From: Mytilus trossulus
Taxonomy: Eukaryota
NCBI RefSeq assembly: GCF_036588685.1
Contig: NC_086385.1
Coordinates: 24,513,216 to 24,577,215 of the forward strand
DNA length: 64,000 nt
Reading direction: 5' to 3'
The translations under genes were made by a program, and so were the position numbers. The notes under the pieces were generated by a model. That model did not search any database. It saw nothing but the letters and a program-made list of their open reading frames with translations, and was not told the DNA's origin. Positions 13,901-26,160 of the stretch are shown here, piece after piece; within the stretch, counting starts at the first letter, position 1, and the number at the start of each line of letters is the position of its first letter.

Positions 13901-16479
13901 TATTTCCAGTGTATTTAACCTGAGAATTCCAGTGTATCTTATGTATTTTAAGTGTCTTTAACCAGGGACTGCCTGTGTATCTTACACATTTTTTTAACCA
14001 ATGACAACTTGTGTACCTTATGTATTTTCAGTGTCTTTGACCAATGACTACCTGTGTATCTTATGTATTTTCAGTGTCCTTAAGCAGGGACTACCTGTGT
14101 ATTTTACACATTTCTTTAACGAATGACAACGTGTGTACCTTATGTATTTTCAGTGTTTTTCACCAATGACTACCTGTTTATCTTATGAATTTTCAGTGTC
14201 TTTCACCAATGATTACCTGTGTATCTTATGTATTTTCAGTGTCTTTAACCAATGACAACCTGTTTATCTTATGCATTTTCAGTATCTTTAAGCAATCAAT
14301 ACCTGTGTATCTTATGTATTTTTGATGTCTTTAACCAATGACAACCTGTATATCTTATGTCTTTAAAGTATCTTTAACCAATGACTACCTGTGTATCTTA
14401 TGTATTTTCAGTGTCTTTAACAAGGGACTACCGTGTATCTTACACATTTCTTTAACCAATGACAACCTGTGTATCTTATGCATTTTTAGTATCTTTAACC
14501 AATGACTACCTGTGTATCTTATGTATTTTTAGTGTCTTTAACCAATGACTACCTGTGTATCTTACACATTTCTTTAACCAATGACAACCTGTGTTTCTTA
14601 TGCATCTTTATTATCTTTAACCAATGACTACCGTTGTATATTATGTATTTTCAGTGTATTTTACCTGGGACTTCCTGTGTATCTTACACATTTCTTTAAC
14701 CAATGACAACTTGTGTACCTTATGTATTTTCAGTGTCTTTAAGCAATGACTACTTGAGTATCTTATACATCTCTTTAACCAATGACAACCTCTGTATCTT
14801 ATGTATTTTCAGTGTATTTTACCTGGGACTTCCTGTGTATCTTACACATTTCTTTAACCAATGACAACTTGTGTACCTTATGTATTTTCAGTGTCTTTAA
14901 CCAATGACAACCTGTATATCTTATGTATTTTTAGTATTCTTAACCAATGACTACCTGTGTATCTTATGTATTTTCAGTGTCTTTAACCAATGACTACCTG
15001 TGTATCTTACACATTTCTTTAGCCAATGACAACCTGTGTATCTTATGCATTTGTAGTATCTTTAAACAATGACTACCTGTGTATCTTATGTATTTTCAGT
15101 GTCTTTAACCAATGAATACTTGAGTATCTTACACATTTTTTTAACCAATGACAACCTCTGTATCTTATGTATTTCCAGTATATTTAACCTGGGACTTCCT
15201 GTGTATCTTACACATTTTTTTAACAAAGACAACTTGTGTACCTTATGTATTTTCAGTGTCTTTAACCAACGACTACCTGTGTATCTTATGTATTTTAAGT
15301 GTCTTTCACCAATGACTACCTTTGATCTTATGTATTTTCAGTGTCTCTAAGCAGGGACTACCTATGTATCTTACACATTTCTTTAACCAATGACAACCTG
15401 TGTACCTTGTGTATTTCCAGTGTCTTTAACCAATGACTACCTGTGTATATTATGTATTTTCAGTGTCTTTAATCAATGACTACTTGTGTATCTTGCACAT
15501 TTCTTTATCGAATGACAACGTGTGTACCTTATGTATTTTCAGTGTTTTTCACCAATGACTACCTGTGTATCTTATGTATTTTCAGTGTCTTTCACCAATG
15601 ACTACCTGTGTATCTTATGTATTTTCAGTGTCTTTAAGCAGGGACTACCTGTGTATCTTACACATTTCTTTAACCAATGACAACCTGTGTACCTTGTGTA
15701 TTTTCAGTGTCTTTAACCAATGACTACCTGTGTATCTTATGTTTTTTCAGTTTCTTTAACCAATGACAACCTGTGTATCTTATGTATTTTCAGTATATTT
15801 AACCAATGACTACCTGTGTATCTTATGTATTTTCAGTGTCTTTAATCAATGACTACTTGTGTATCTTACACATTTCTTTAACCAGTGACAACCTCTGTAT
15901 CCTATGTATTTTCAGTGTATTTAACCTGGGACTTCCTGTGTATCTTATGCATTTCTTTAACCAATGACTACCTGTGTATCTTATGTATTTTCAGTGTCTT
16001 TAACCAATGACTTCCTGTGTATCTTACACATTTCTTTAACCAATGACAAATTGTGTACCTTATGTATTTTCAGTGTCTTTAACCAATGACAACCTGTGTA
16101 TCTTATGTATTTTCAGTATATTTAACCAATGACTACCTGTGTATCTTATGTATTTTCAGTGTCTTTAATCAATGACTACTTGTGTATCTTACACATTTCT
16201 TTAACCAGTGACAACCTCTGTATCCTATGTATTTTCAGTGTATTTAACCTGGGACTTCCTGTGTATCTTATGCATTTCTTTAACCAATGACTACCTGTGT
16301 ATCTTATGTTTTTTCAGTGTCTTTAACCAATGACAACCTGTGTATCTTATGTATTTTCAGTATCTTTAACCAATGACTACCTGTGTATATTATGCATTTC
16401 TTTAACCAATGACTACCTGTGTATCTTATGTATTTCTTTTACCAATGACAACCTGTGTATCTTATGTATTTCAGTGTCT
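4980..16479 (+). repeat. ~11.5-kb satellite of interspersed 43-bp and 36-bp subunits with higher-order duplications
   Basis: Long unit taaccaatgactacctgtgtatcttatgtattttcagtgtctt (43 bp). Short unit taaccaatgactacctgtgtatcttacacatttctt (36 bp). A 1718-bp higher-order duplication is marked by cctgagaattcc at 12201 and 13919 and by near-identical ORFs at 13351 and 15069. Confidence 0.98.
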
Positions 16480-16563
16480 GTTGCAGCCAAATGGTTAAAA
16501 GGATGGACAGAAACAAAGAAAGGATCAACAGATGGAATGAAGGAATACAAAAAGAACAAATAA
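16475..16563 (+). CDS. Probable terminal coding exon of an unidentified upstream gene (..SVAAKWLKGWTETKKGSTDGMKEYKKNK*)
   Basis: Acceptor tatttcag at 16467-16474, then an abrupt switch to non-repetitive purine-rich open frame ending in TAA at 16561-16563. An AT-rich 3'-UTR-like tract follows, with AATAAA at ~17933. No upstream exon was found in the window. Confidence 0.45.
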
Positions 16564-16786
16564 CAAGCCTTTTACTGTGATATTTGTTGAAGAGTGTTAC
16601 CTCATATTGTGTCAAAGTTTGTTATGAGTCTTTCTGTTGATTCTTTGGATATTTTCATTTGATATAAGGGATTTCTCTGGATTAAGGGAAAAGATTTTCT
16701 AAACGTTTGATTTTGATGAATTATACTTGTACACTTCTACTTATATACATGGCATACCAATTTAAATTCCACCAAAAAAGACAAGT

Positions 16787-16929
16787 CAGGGGCGGATCTA
16801 GCCATTTAAAAAAAGGGGGGTTTCAACCCAGAGTAATTGGGGGGGTCCAATTATATGCTTCCATTCAAATGCATTGATCGTCCAAAAAAGGGGGTTCCAA
16901 CCCCCCAACCCCTCTTGGATCCGCAAATG
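16787..16929. mobile_element. Short MITE (CAGGGGCGGATC...GATCCGC type)
   Basis: Imperfect TIR caggggcggatc / gatccgcaaatg, flanked by a direct caagt at 16782-16786 and 16930-16934. Confidence 0.65.
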
Positions 16930-18359
16930 CAAGTCCATGAATGTAAGACTTTTTTAAACTTTACATACATATAAAAGGGTTGAATATGAATGGATAAAGA
17001 TAGATAAGAATTGAGATACTATTTGTATTCAGATGATATATTTTGATACATTTTTCTGGATTGACCTTCAACGGAAACGATGAACTTCAGTTATGGTTAG
17101 AGATCATTGAACATTCCAAATTTGAGAGAAACAAAAATGCATGTCATGACTTTCTGAAAACAAAATATTTCATTGAAACCGATGTCAGATACTAAACGGA
17201 ATTTATACAATATTGACCTGAACACCACATTTTGGTTCAAACATTTTGAAAAGGTTAACAATTCAAGTTACATTTATACTTAATTTTGTTACATTTTCAT
17301 ACTAGATCATCTTCGTCTGTTGTCATTTGTTAATGTTTATATTTTTTTACGCCATTTTGAGGATATTTTTTTTTTTTAGTTAGATGAATTTTATTATCTT
17401 TCTGAAACCAAACAATATCATTTCTGTTAGCATTTTGAATCAGTATAAAAAGCATAATTTGTTGAACTATTTGATGATTATTACTTGATTTATTGTACTT
17501 GTTTAGTTATAGCTTAAAACCAAAACATAATTCAAAGATGCTTCATTTTAAATGAAGGGCTTTGGGATTATTTTTTACAACATGTATTTGCTAGCTATAA
17601 GCTATATATGATTATAAGAAAATGACTTTTTTTAATGGAGACCATTTGTTGACCAATAATTTTGTTGCTCTTTTAGTTATTGTTAGGTAGTGATAATCTT
17701 CTGTTCTTGTTATTATAGTGCTATAGATATTAATAAAAAAAATGAGCTAGAAGTATCTAATCTACTTAAGTTATAAACCATCATGTAATTCCTTTCATAT
17801 ATTTGTTGGTACATATTTGATAGCAAGTTGTGTATTTGCTAATGACTGAATTGTGTGTTTTTCACCTTGTTGCCTTGAATGCTTTTGTTGATTTATGAAG
17901 TTTCAATTGATATGTGCCTTTTTATTGCAATGAATAAAAAACCAATATGTTGTTTATAAAATGAGTGTGTGGTAGCATGATTGCCCTGAGTGAGGAAGGT
18001 CAAGAATTCGCATTCGAACTGGGATATAATAAAGACTTTTAAGATTGGTATTTATTAATTGCACATGCTGCATTAAGGAGTAAGAGCAGGAAAATTTCAG
18101 CTTAGGGAAGGAAAAATGTGTCTAGGCAGGTTGACATATCTTCCAGATATTATAGTGTTTCCTTCTGTACTAGCATGTTAAAAAAAATGATGATATTACA
18201 AAAACATATTTTTGTTCAGAATCAATATATTTGTCACATGACATTCTGCAGCCATTCACCATCATTATCGCAATATCAAATTGCACATTTTATCAATTTA
18301 ACATATTGAAATCTTTTATCAGACCCCCCTGCTGGTAGAGATTAAGAAAGTCAGATGAA

Positions 18360-19270
18360 AAGATATGTAACAGTACTATACCACTGATCAATAGTCATTA
18401 ATGAGTTAAGCGAAAACAAATCCGGGTCACAAACAGAGGGATATACATCATCTGTATATAACCGTGCTTAAGTTTGGAATTTAGATTATTGAGCTCATTA
18501 CAGATTTATATGACAAATAAAAGATTTTATTAAAATGATTCTAAAAACAAACAAAAATGATATTTGTTTGAATATTATTATAACATTAAAATGACAACAT
18601 TACACGACAGGGTTACAATAAATAAATAGATAAATAGGAGAAAAAAATATATAGGGCAGAGAAACAAACGAATAATAGCCATCAAAAGGTAACAGGTTAA
18701 ACAATATTTTTATACGCCAGAAGCTCGATACGTCCACACAGAACTATGCTCAGATGTAAAATGTTTGAAATCCAACAACTACAAAGTTGAAGATCGCCGA
18801 GGACCAAAAGTTCGAAACAGTTGAGAGGCCAAGGTTATCCACCGGGGACAAAAACATAATTATTATCAGGAATAATACATATTTTTGCAAACAGTGAATT
18901 TCATAAAATGACTATGTAATAGATATACATGATTAAACTGAAGTGGTGATTATCTAAAGTATAAAAACGAATACATTACAAAACCACAGCACTGTTAGAC
19001 ATATTCAATGCAACGCCCAAAGTGACGTCACATTTAAATTTCTGAAACTTGTTTCGAAAATTAAGAAAGAATTTGGATGAAATTCAAAATTAGATTTGTA
19101 TTACTTATCTAACATATCTAACTTATATAAATAAACAGTGATAATTATAATGCTAACTAATATGTAATTGTAGTAGTAATTAGATAATTAATTGCATTGC
19201 AAACCAAATATATCGTGTAAATTTCGTTGATCCAAAATTAAATCTACCAAAGGACTGGATGAGTAGTTAT
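18360..19270 (+). mobile_element. Composite dispersed repeat, family C
   Basis: Colinear with ~60235-61410 (aaacaaatcc.ggt, acgacagg.ttacaata, gaggaccaaaagt, tttgcaaacagt, gaagtggtga, aagtgacgtcacattt). A partial copy lies at ~23075-23750. Confidence 0.7.
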
Positions 19271-22200
19271 CCCCAACACAACACAAAAATACAACAGAAA
19301 AATCTGGCGTGTGTCCTATAACTGTGTAGAAAATACTTGTACGTTAATACTTTGATACTTGTTAAATTCTTAATACCAAACAAACCACTAGATAAACAAT
19401 CCATTGAAATCACAAGATGGTACTTGTAAACGGAAATGTTAGAAGTAGATTACTTGTGAACTCTTTAGACAGAATTCTTCAATGATACAAAAACGAAAGA
19501 TGTTGAAAAAAATGTATATCTTATAGCTGACTATGCGGTATATGCTTTTCTCATTGTTGAAGGCCGAACGGTGACCTATAGTTGTTAATTTCTGTGTCAT
19601 TGTAGTCTCTTGTGGAGAGTTGCCTTATTGACAATCATACCACATCTTCTTCTTTTTAAATACCTTAATTTTTAACAAAGCAAAAATAAAAAACTTGTAA
19701 CTGCTAGTTAAAATTACGAGGCGCTTGGAATCATTAAAACCAGTATTTGTATGTCTGACTACGATCTTATGTATGGACGACGTTTTATGTTATTTGTCTC
19801 CCTCTGGTATTTTTTTCCGTCTCAGGGTAATGTTTTAGTTAGAGGATTATTATACAATGTATAGCTTTGGTCACAACAACAGGCATTGTAGTATTTTAAG
19901 ATATTGTTGATAAATATTCAGTATCAACTTCGCAAATAATACACGATGGTTTAAGTATAGTTTCTGCGTACAGACGTTGTTTATCATCTTAATAACGTGT
20001 TATAGTATTGTTTTATTTGTCTTTATAAATATTACTTTAACTGTTTAGTACTTTTACATGTTTACCAGTTATGTCTGTTATATCTGTTCACACATCGTTG
20101 TCAATTTAATGGAATTTGATGTGGCTGCCAAACGATTCAGATGTTTAGCTAGCTATAAAACAAGGTTTAATCCACCATTTTCTACTGATGAAAATGGCTG
20201 TACCTAGTCAGGAATATGACCATTTTGTTGTCCATTCGTTTGATGTGTTTGAGCTTTTATTTTGCCATTTTATTAGGGCTTTCCGTTCTGAACTTTCTTC
20301 TGAGTTCAGTATTTCTTTGATTTTCTTTTTCATTTGAATCAGGCAATAACAAATTATTTAAATTGAAAGAAGAAGGAGACATAAAATTTCCCAAGCAACC
20401 AAAATGATGTACACAGTTAAATAACATCAAAATATAATCGGCAATACTAGACAGTTGTCCATTCAATACGTGAATCTCTACATCGCACTTAGTGAAGCAA
20501 GTATAGTTAAACAAAATTTGTCAAGCGTTAGAAAGATTGCGTCATCAACACCAACATTATATAGCAAGGTTTCAATTTATGCAGTCACACTTAACAAAAC
20601 AGATTATTTGAAAGGTTTAACTAGTGCGGAAATACTACTGTTTATCCTCTATAAACTTTCTCAATGTCAATGTAATTGACCTTGTTTCATACAAATAACA
20701 ATTAGCCCACTGTACAAACAATCGATGATGGTACTTATAAAATATAAACATATTTCTTGTGCATGACTTAAAGAGAAGTCAACAATGATACATTCATATC
20801 CGTATTGAATACAAACGTATTAACGTAAACTTCTAATAAAGCAGAAAACAAAAACTGTAGCTATCTGAAATATTTTATATGCCCGACTGTGATATTATGG
20901 ATAGATCACGTGTTCAGTAATGTCATTCATACCAGGCTACGGTGTTGGTTGGAAGATTATTAAACAACTTTGATTGCATTGCAGGAGTATTGTTCATCAT
21001 AAAGTGTTTATTATTGCATCACAATTATAGATTCTGACCCCGTAATTTGTCCGTTAATAAATTTTTAAACTGTTAGAATCAAGGTATCAACTTCCTCAGG
21101 CAAAAGTGACCTTGGATGGATTTGGCTATTTTCGAGTCTTTTTTTTTTTATAATATAGGTCATAAACAGTTACTTTTTTAGTAAATATTTGACCTTCAAA
21201 TATTCATCTTTGATCGTTTGTGAGCAAATTCCAAATAACAGTACCGACGCATTACTTTTTTTTAACAAGATATACTACTGACATTTTTCGCAGTATCTGA
21301 TATTTCCTGTTTTTTAAGACCTCAGTTCAACATGTACATAGTAAGATAGCTTAAGTGTGAAAGTGTGCATCCAGAAAACAAATAGATATTTTCATTTTGT
21401 CTTAACATTTAGTTTATAGATTTTATTATTCATTTTTGTATTTGCTTATTTTTTCTCGCTTTACTTATCTGTAATAAATAGAAAAAGTATGATAAAATTA
21501 AGAAGATTGTCAAATTTGAATTGAGCTTAGTAGTGTAAATTATTTTTAAAAATACTTGTGAAATGTCATGGAATTCATTTTGCTATATCCGACATAATTC
21601 ATTAAAAAATAGAACATAATTTAAACAAATGTGGGTTGTTCACATTGTTTCGTACGAAAAAGTCACTTTCAACACGTATTGAGCGAAGGGGTGAAAAAGT
21701 TTGATCTGGTACTGCAAAGTTTTTTTGGGAAATTGAGTTCTAATTAACTAACAACCCTCCCTTCAGACGTACTGGAATTAAAATTACGTTCATACGGAAT
21801 ATAAATTATTTCTATATAACCCTGCATAATGACGATGCTGAAAGTGCTTAAAAATACTTTAATAGAGCAGGGATACAGGCGCGCCATCTATCTGGTAAAT
21901 GATTGATGTCATAAAGGCGTGCGAAATTGACAATATTTTCCGGTGAGAGACATGATCCAGAAATGACGTATCATATCCAAGGGTGTCATCGGTTCTGCAG
22001 TCAGGAATTCCGTACTGACATGATTTTCTAAACCGCCCAGTTAGTCTTTGTTAATCTGTCTTACAATAATTAAGAAACTTTGCCTCCAAATTCCATCAAA
22101 CTAAGTTGACCAAAGATAAATAAAGGCAACAGTATTCTACCGCTGTTCGAAAGTCATCCATCGATTGAGAGAAAAACAAATATGGGTAACAAATAAAACC

Positions 22201-23759
22201 AAGGGAACATATCAAATATGAACAACGAAACAACAGAAATACTAAAGTGCTAAAATTAGCTTTTATTTAGGTCATTTTTGTAATATACCTCTTTTAAAAT
22301 GTGTATCTGAGCCGATTCACCGTTCATCTATTATTTTTTGGCTTCGGCAGTTCCTGAACAAATGTTAGTAATTATAAAATGTATGACGGGTATTTTTATG
22401 TTGTTGTTTTATACATCCTACACTGCATTTTAGAAAAGTTTTAAAGTAGCTCATACTAAAACAATAGAGATATACATAGAAGCAAAAGTACATAACGGAA
22501 ATACAATTGAGAAGTGTTAAAACATTTACACCATAGAAAGTCATTGTTGGCAAATAGTCTTTACAATTAACTAAAAGTGTCAGGTTATATCTTTATAGAT
22601 CAAAATGTAAGTAAATATCTTCTTTTATTTGATTGTTAATATGTAATTATAAAAAGCTTTGAATATTACAAATATATAAAGAAAATCAAAAATTATCTTC
22701 TTACATATTATTGAGACAGTATTGTGTTCATGGTTCATTCGGATCAAGTCTATATTGAAATTTGAAATCTTCATCACACAAATTTGAATTTTCTTTTGAA
22801 TTCCACCGTTGTTGCAAATACGCAATGGAAAATGTGTCTTTAAAATACTTGACTTTACCGTGATTTGTTTTGATTTATAAATGTAATAATCGATTAGAAA
22901 CTGAAAGACAGTTATGGCTCTCACATATAATTGCAACTTTTGATCATGTAAATATACTCATTTATTTTGTGCCAGGTTCTTGAAATGTTGCTTTTTTACA
23001 ATGAATACAAGTTTTTAAATATGCATGTTAAAATATCAAATAATTCATCATTATTCGTAGCAATAATAATAATTATCAAAGTTATCAGGATTATAATTTA
23101 ATACGCTAGACGGGCGTTTTGTCCACATAAGACCCATCAGTGACGCTCAGATCAAAATAGTTATAAAGCCAAACAAGTACAAAAAAGTAAAATAAAAAAA
23201 AAAACTACTCAGAGGAAAATGAAAAACGAAAAGTCCCTGATCAAATAGCAAAATCAAATGATAAAATACATCAAACAAATGGACAACAACTGTCATATTC
23301 CTGACTTCGTACAGGAATTTTCAAATGTAGAAAATTGTAGATTGAACCTGTATTTTATAGAGCTTAACCTTTCACTTGTATGACAGTCGCATCAAATTTC
23401 ATAATAGTTACAACGATGCGTGAACAAAACAGACATACAATATTAAATAGTTAAAATAGTGGTGCAGCAGTCATCAATGTGTCACAATTTCAAAACAAAC
23501 AAATATGAAATTGAAGAGCATTGAGGAACCAAAATTCCAAAAAAGTAATGTCAAATACGACTAAGGTAATCTATTCCTGGGATAATAAAATCCTTAGTTT
23601 TTCGTAAAATTCAAAGTAAAAACAGGAAATTTATAAAAATGACCATATAAATGATATTCATGTCAACACCGAAGTGCTGACTACTGGGCTGTTGAAACCT
23701 TCGGGGACTTAACGTCCACCAGCAGTGTCATGGAAACACTGATGTAAATAAGTCCAATG

Positions 23760-26160
23760 AAATTGTGCATTTCTTTTGGTTACCCCGGATATGTGAGTTC
23801 CTTACAGCCAAGCAAGGTCGTTTAGCACTTCAGTAGTAGTATTATCGAATGAATTTTTGGCTGTGGGTGAATAATATGTATCATAAACGTTAGTTTCGAC
23901 TTTTATTTCAACTCCTGACAACCGTTGTAGGATGATAAGTAAACTTTCTACAGTTAATGACATGATTATACATTTGTAAATGTAAATTGTTTCCTTGTTT
24001 TTTGTTGTAATACTGTTGAAATGCATTTTAGAACTTTCCAAAGTATCTAATATAAATTGTCAGAATTCAAAAATTCTAAGCATTGATACATTTATCTAAC
24101 ACGAATTCACTGATTTAAAAAATTCTCATCACCAGTCTAAGAGCTAGAGTCAGACATAAACTAATTTACGTGAACATTTATCTACACTGGTAAAAATATC
24201 GTTATTCATTAAATAAAGAAACGCACAAATACGTTTGTTTTAGTGGGAAGACAGGAACGTTTTTCCCAGTTCAACTTTTGATTTACAATGGTAATTGTGT
24301 CACAGCTCATTATGTTCTTCCCTGTATACTTGAACAGTATTTTTTTTTCATTTTTATCTATTGTTTTTCATTTATTATATTACAGAAATCTTATCGCATT
24401 TTGTTCAGTTTCACATATAAGTATTTGGGACCGTTGTTTCTATTTCCGCGTGCATCAAGTGAGTTGCACTTTGTTTTTGTTGCCTGCATAGTTATTTTTA
24501 TCATTTTCTATGAGTGCAACATGCAGATTTGATGTACATGCTTGTGTTTATGAATTTTGTTTGTCAATATCTTATTTCAGTTGGGTTTATTTATAAACGA
24601 TTTGAAGAGTTAAGAGGAACAATAGTAGATCTTCTCTAAAATATAAATGTCAAAATGACATGCAAATCTTTCTAATTTTTTAAGTTTAGAAGAATAATTT
24701 ATGTTTATTGTTTCCTCTTTAATGATATTCACCAAATATTTAAATCAAGATTGAATTTCAAGAACACTCTATTTGTCACTTAATTGACAAACAGTTCTAC
24801 AAATATTAGAAATTGGATAATCATTAGTTTTGTTTAACAACTGGAACTGCATGATGAATATAACAGGTTACATATACAAAGTGCAACTCGACTGGTGCAC
24901 ACAGAAATAGAAAAAAAAGTCTCGAAATTTGTATATGAAACTATAAAATGCGATCAGATTACTAAATATATAATAAATGAAAACCAAAAGATTAAAAAAC
25001 GAATTAAACTATTGTTTAAGTACATACGAAATAAAATCTAGATTTTTTTTTACATCAAGTGTTACACTTCATTCTTTATCAAACGCGAACTTCTGGGAGC
25101 ATATTCCTGTCTTCCCACTAATACACACTTTATTCGTGTGTTTTTTTTATTCAATTACTAACAGATACTTATACTAGTGTAGACAAATGTGCATTTAAAT
25201 AAATACATGTCTGACTCTTATACCAGTGTAGATAAATTTTTAGCTTAATAAATTCATGTCGAAGTCTTGTACTGGTGATGAGATTTTTTGTCATCAGTCA
25301 ATTTATGTCATATACCTGTACCAATGATTAGATTGTTTTTTTTAATTTCTTTTGGAAGCATTTAAATGCATTACAACAGTATTGAGACAAAGAAACAAGT
25401 TAACAGATCACATATAAAGATTTATAATTATGGCATTAAAAGGATTTTACTTATCATGCTAAAACGGTTGTTAGGAGCTGAGATGACAGTCAGAACTAAT
25501 GTTTTTTGAAAGGATAAAATTGTTCTCTCACAGCCAAAAATCATTCGATACTACTACTACTGAATTGTTTAACGACATTGATTGGCTGTAAGGAACTCGC
25601 ATAGTCGGGATAATCATTAGATACAACTACTACTGAATTGTTTAACGACATTGATTGGCTATAAGGAACTCGCATAGTCGGGATAATCATTAGATACAAC
25701 TACTACTGAATTGTTTAACGACATTGATTGGCTATAAGGAACTCGCATAGTCAGGATAATCATTAGATACTACTACTATTGAATTGTTTAACGACATTGA
25801 TTGGCTATAAGGAACTCGCATAGTCGGGATAATCATTAGATACTACTACTACTGAATTGTTTAACGACATTGATTGGCTATAAGTAACTCGCATAGTCAG
25901 GATAATCATTAGATACAACTACTACTGAATTGTTTAACGACATTGATTGGCTATAAGGAACTCGCATAGTCGGGATAATCATTAGATACTACTACTACTG
26001 AATTGTTTAACGACATTGATTGGCTATAAGGAACTCGCATAGTCGGGATAATCATTAGATACTACTACTACTGAATTGTTTAACGACATTGATTGGCTAT
26101 AAGGAACTCGCATAGTCGGGATACTCATTAGATATGTTCAATTCCATTGGTCTTATTATT
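23760..26160. repeat. Large degenerate inverted repeat (fold-back structure)
   Basis: 23790-24480 is the reverse complement of ~24870-25610, e.g. gagttccttacagccaa..cagtagtagta..tcgaatga versus tcattcga..tactactactgaa..ttggctgtaaggaactc. A third related copy lies at ~27090-27580. Confidence 0.75.
25548..26134 (+). repeat. 73-bp minisatellite, 8 near-identical units
   Basis: Unit atactactactactgaattgtttaacgacattgattggctataaggaactcgcatagtcgggataatcattag starts at 25548, 25621, 25694 and so on. Confidence 0.95.

Noticed and set aside
8113-15350. ORFs inside the satellite (8113, 10428, 13351, 15069)
   Set aside because: These are translations of the 43/36-bp units with no independent coding evidence.
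21870-22040. CpG-richer patch with ggcgcgcc, ttccgg and tgacgt motifs, a possible promoter
   Set aside because: No linked exon or transcription start can be supported from the sequence, and it may belong to a repeat.
25548-26134. CRISPR-like regular repeats (also 39657-40394)
   Set aside because: The units are contiguous with no unique spacers, there are no cas genes, and the context is eukaryotic.
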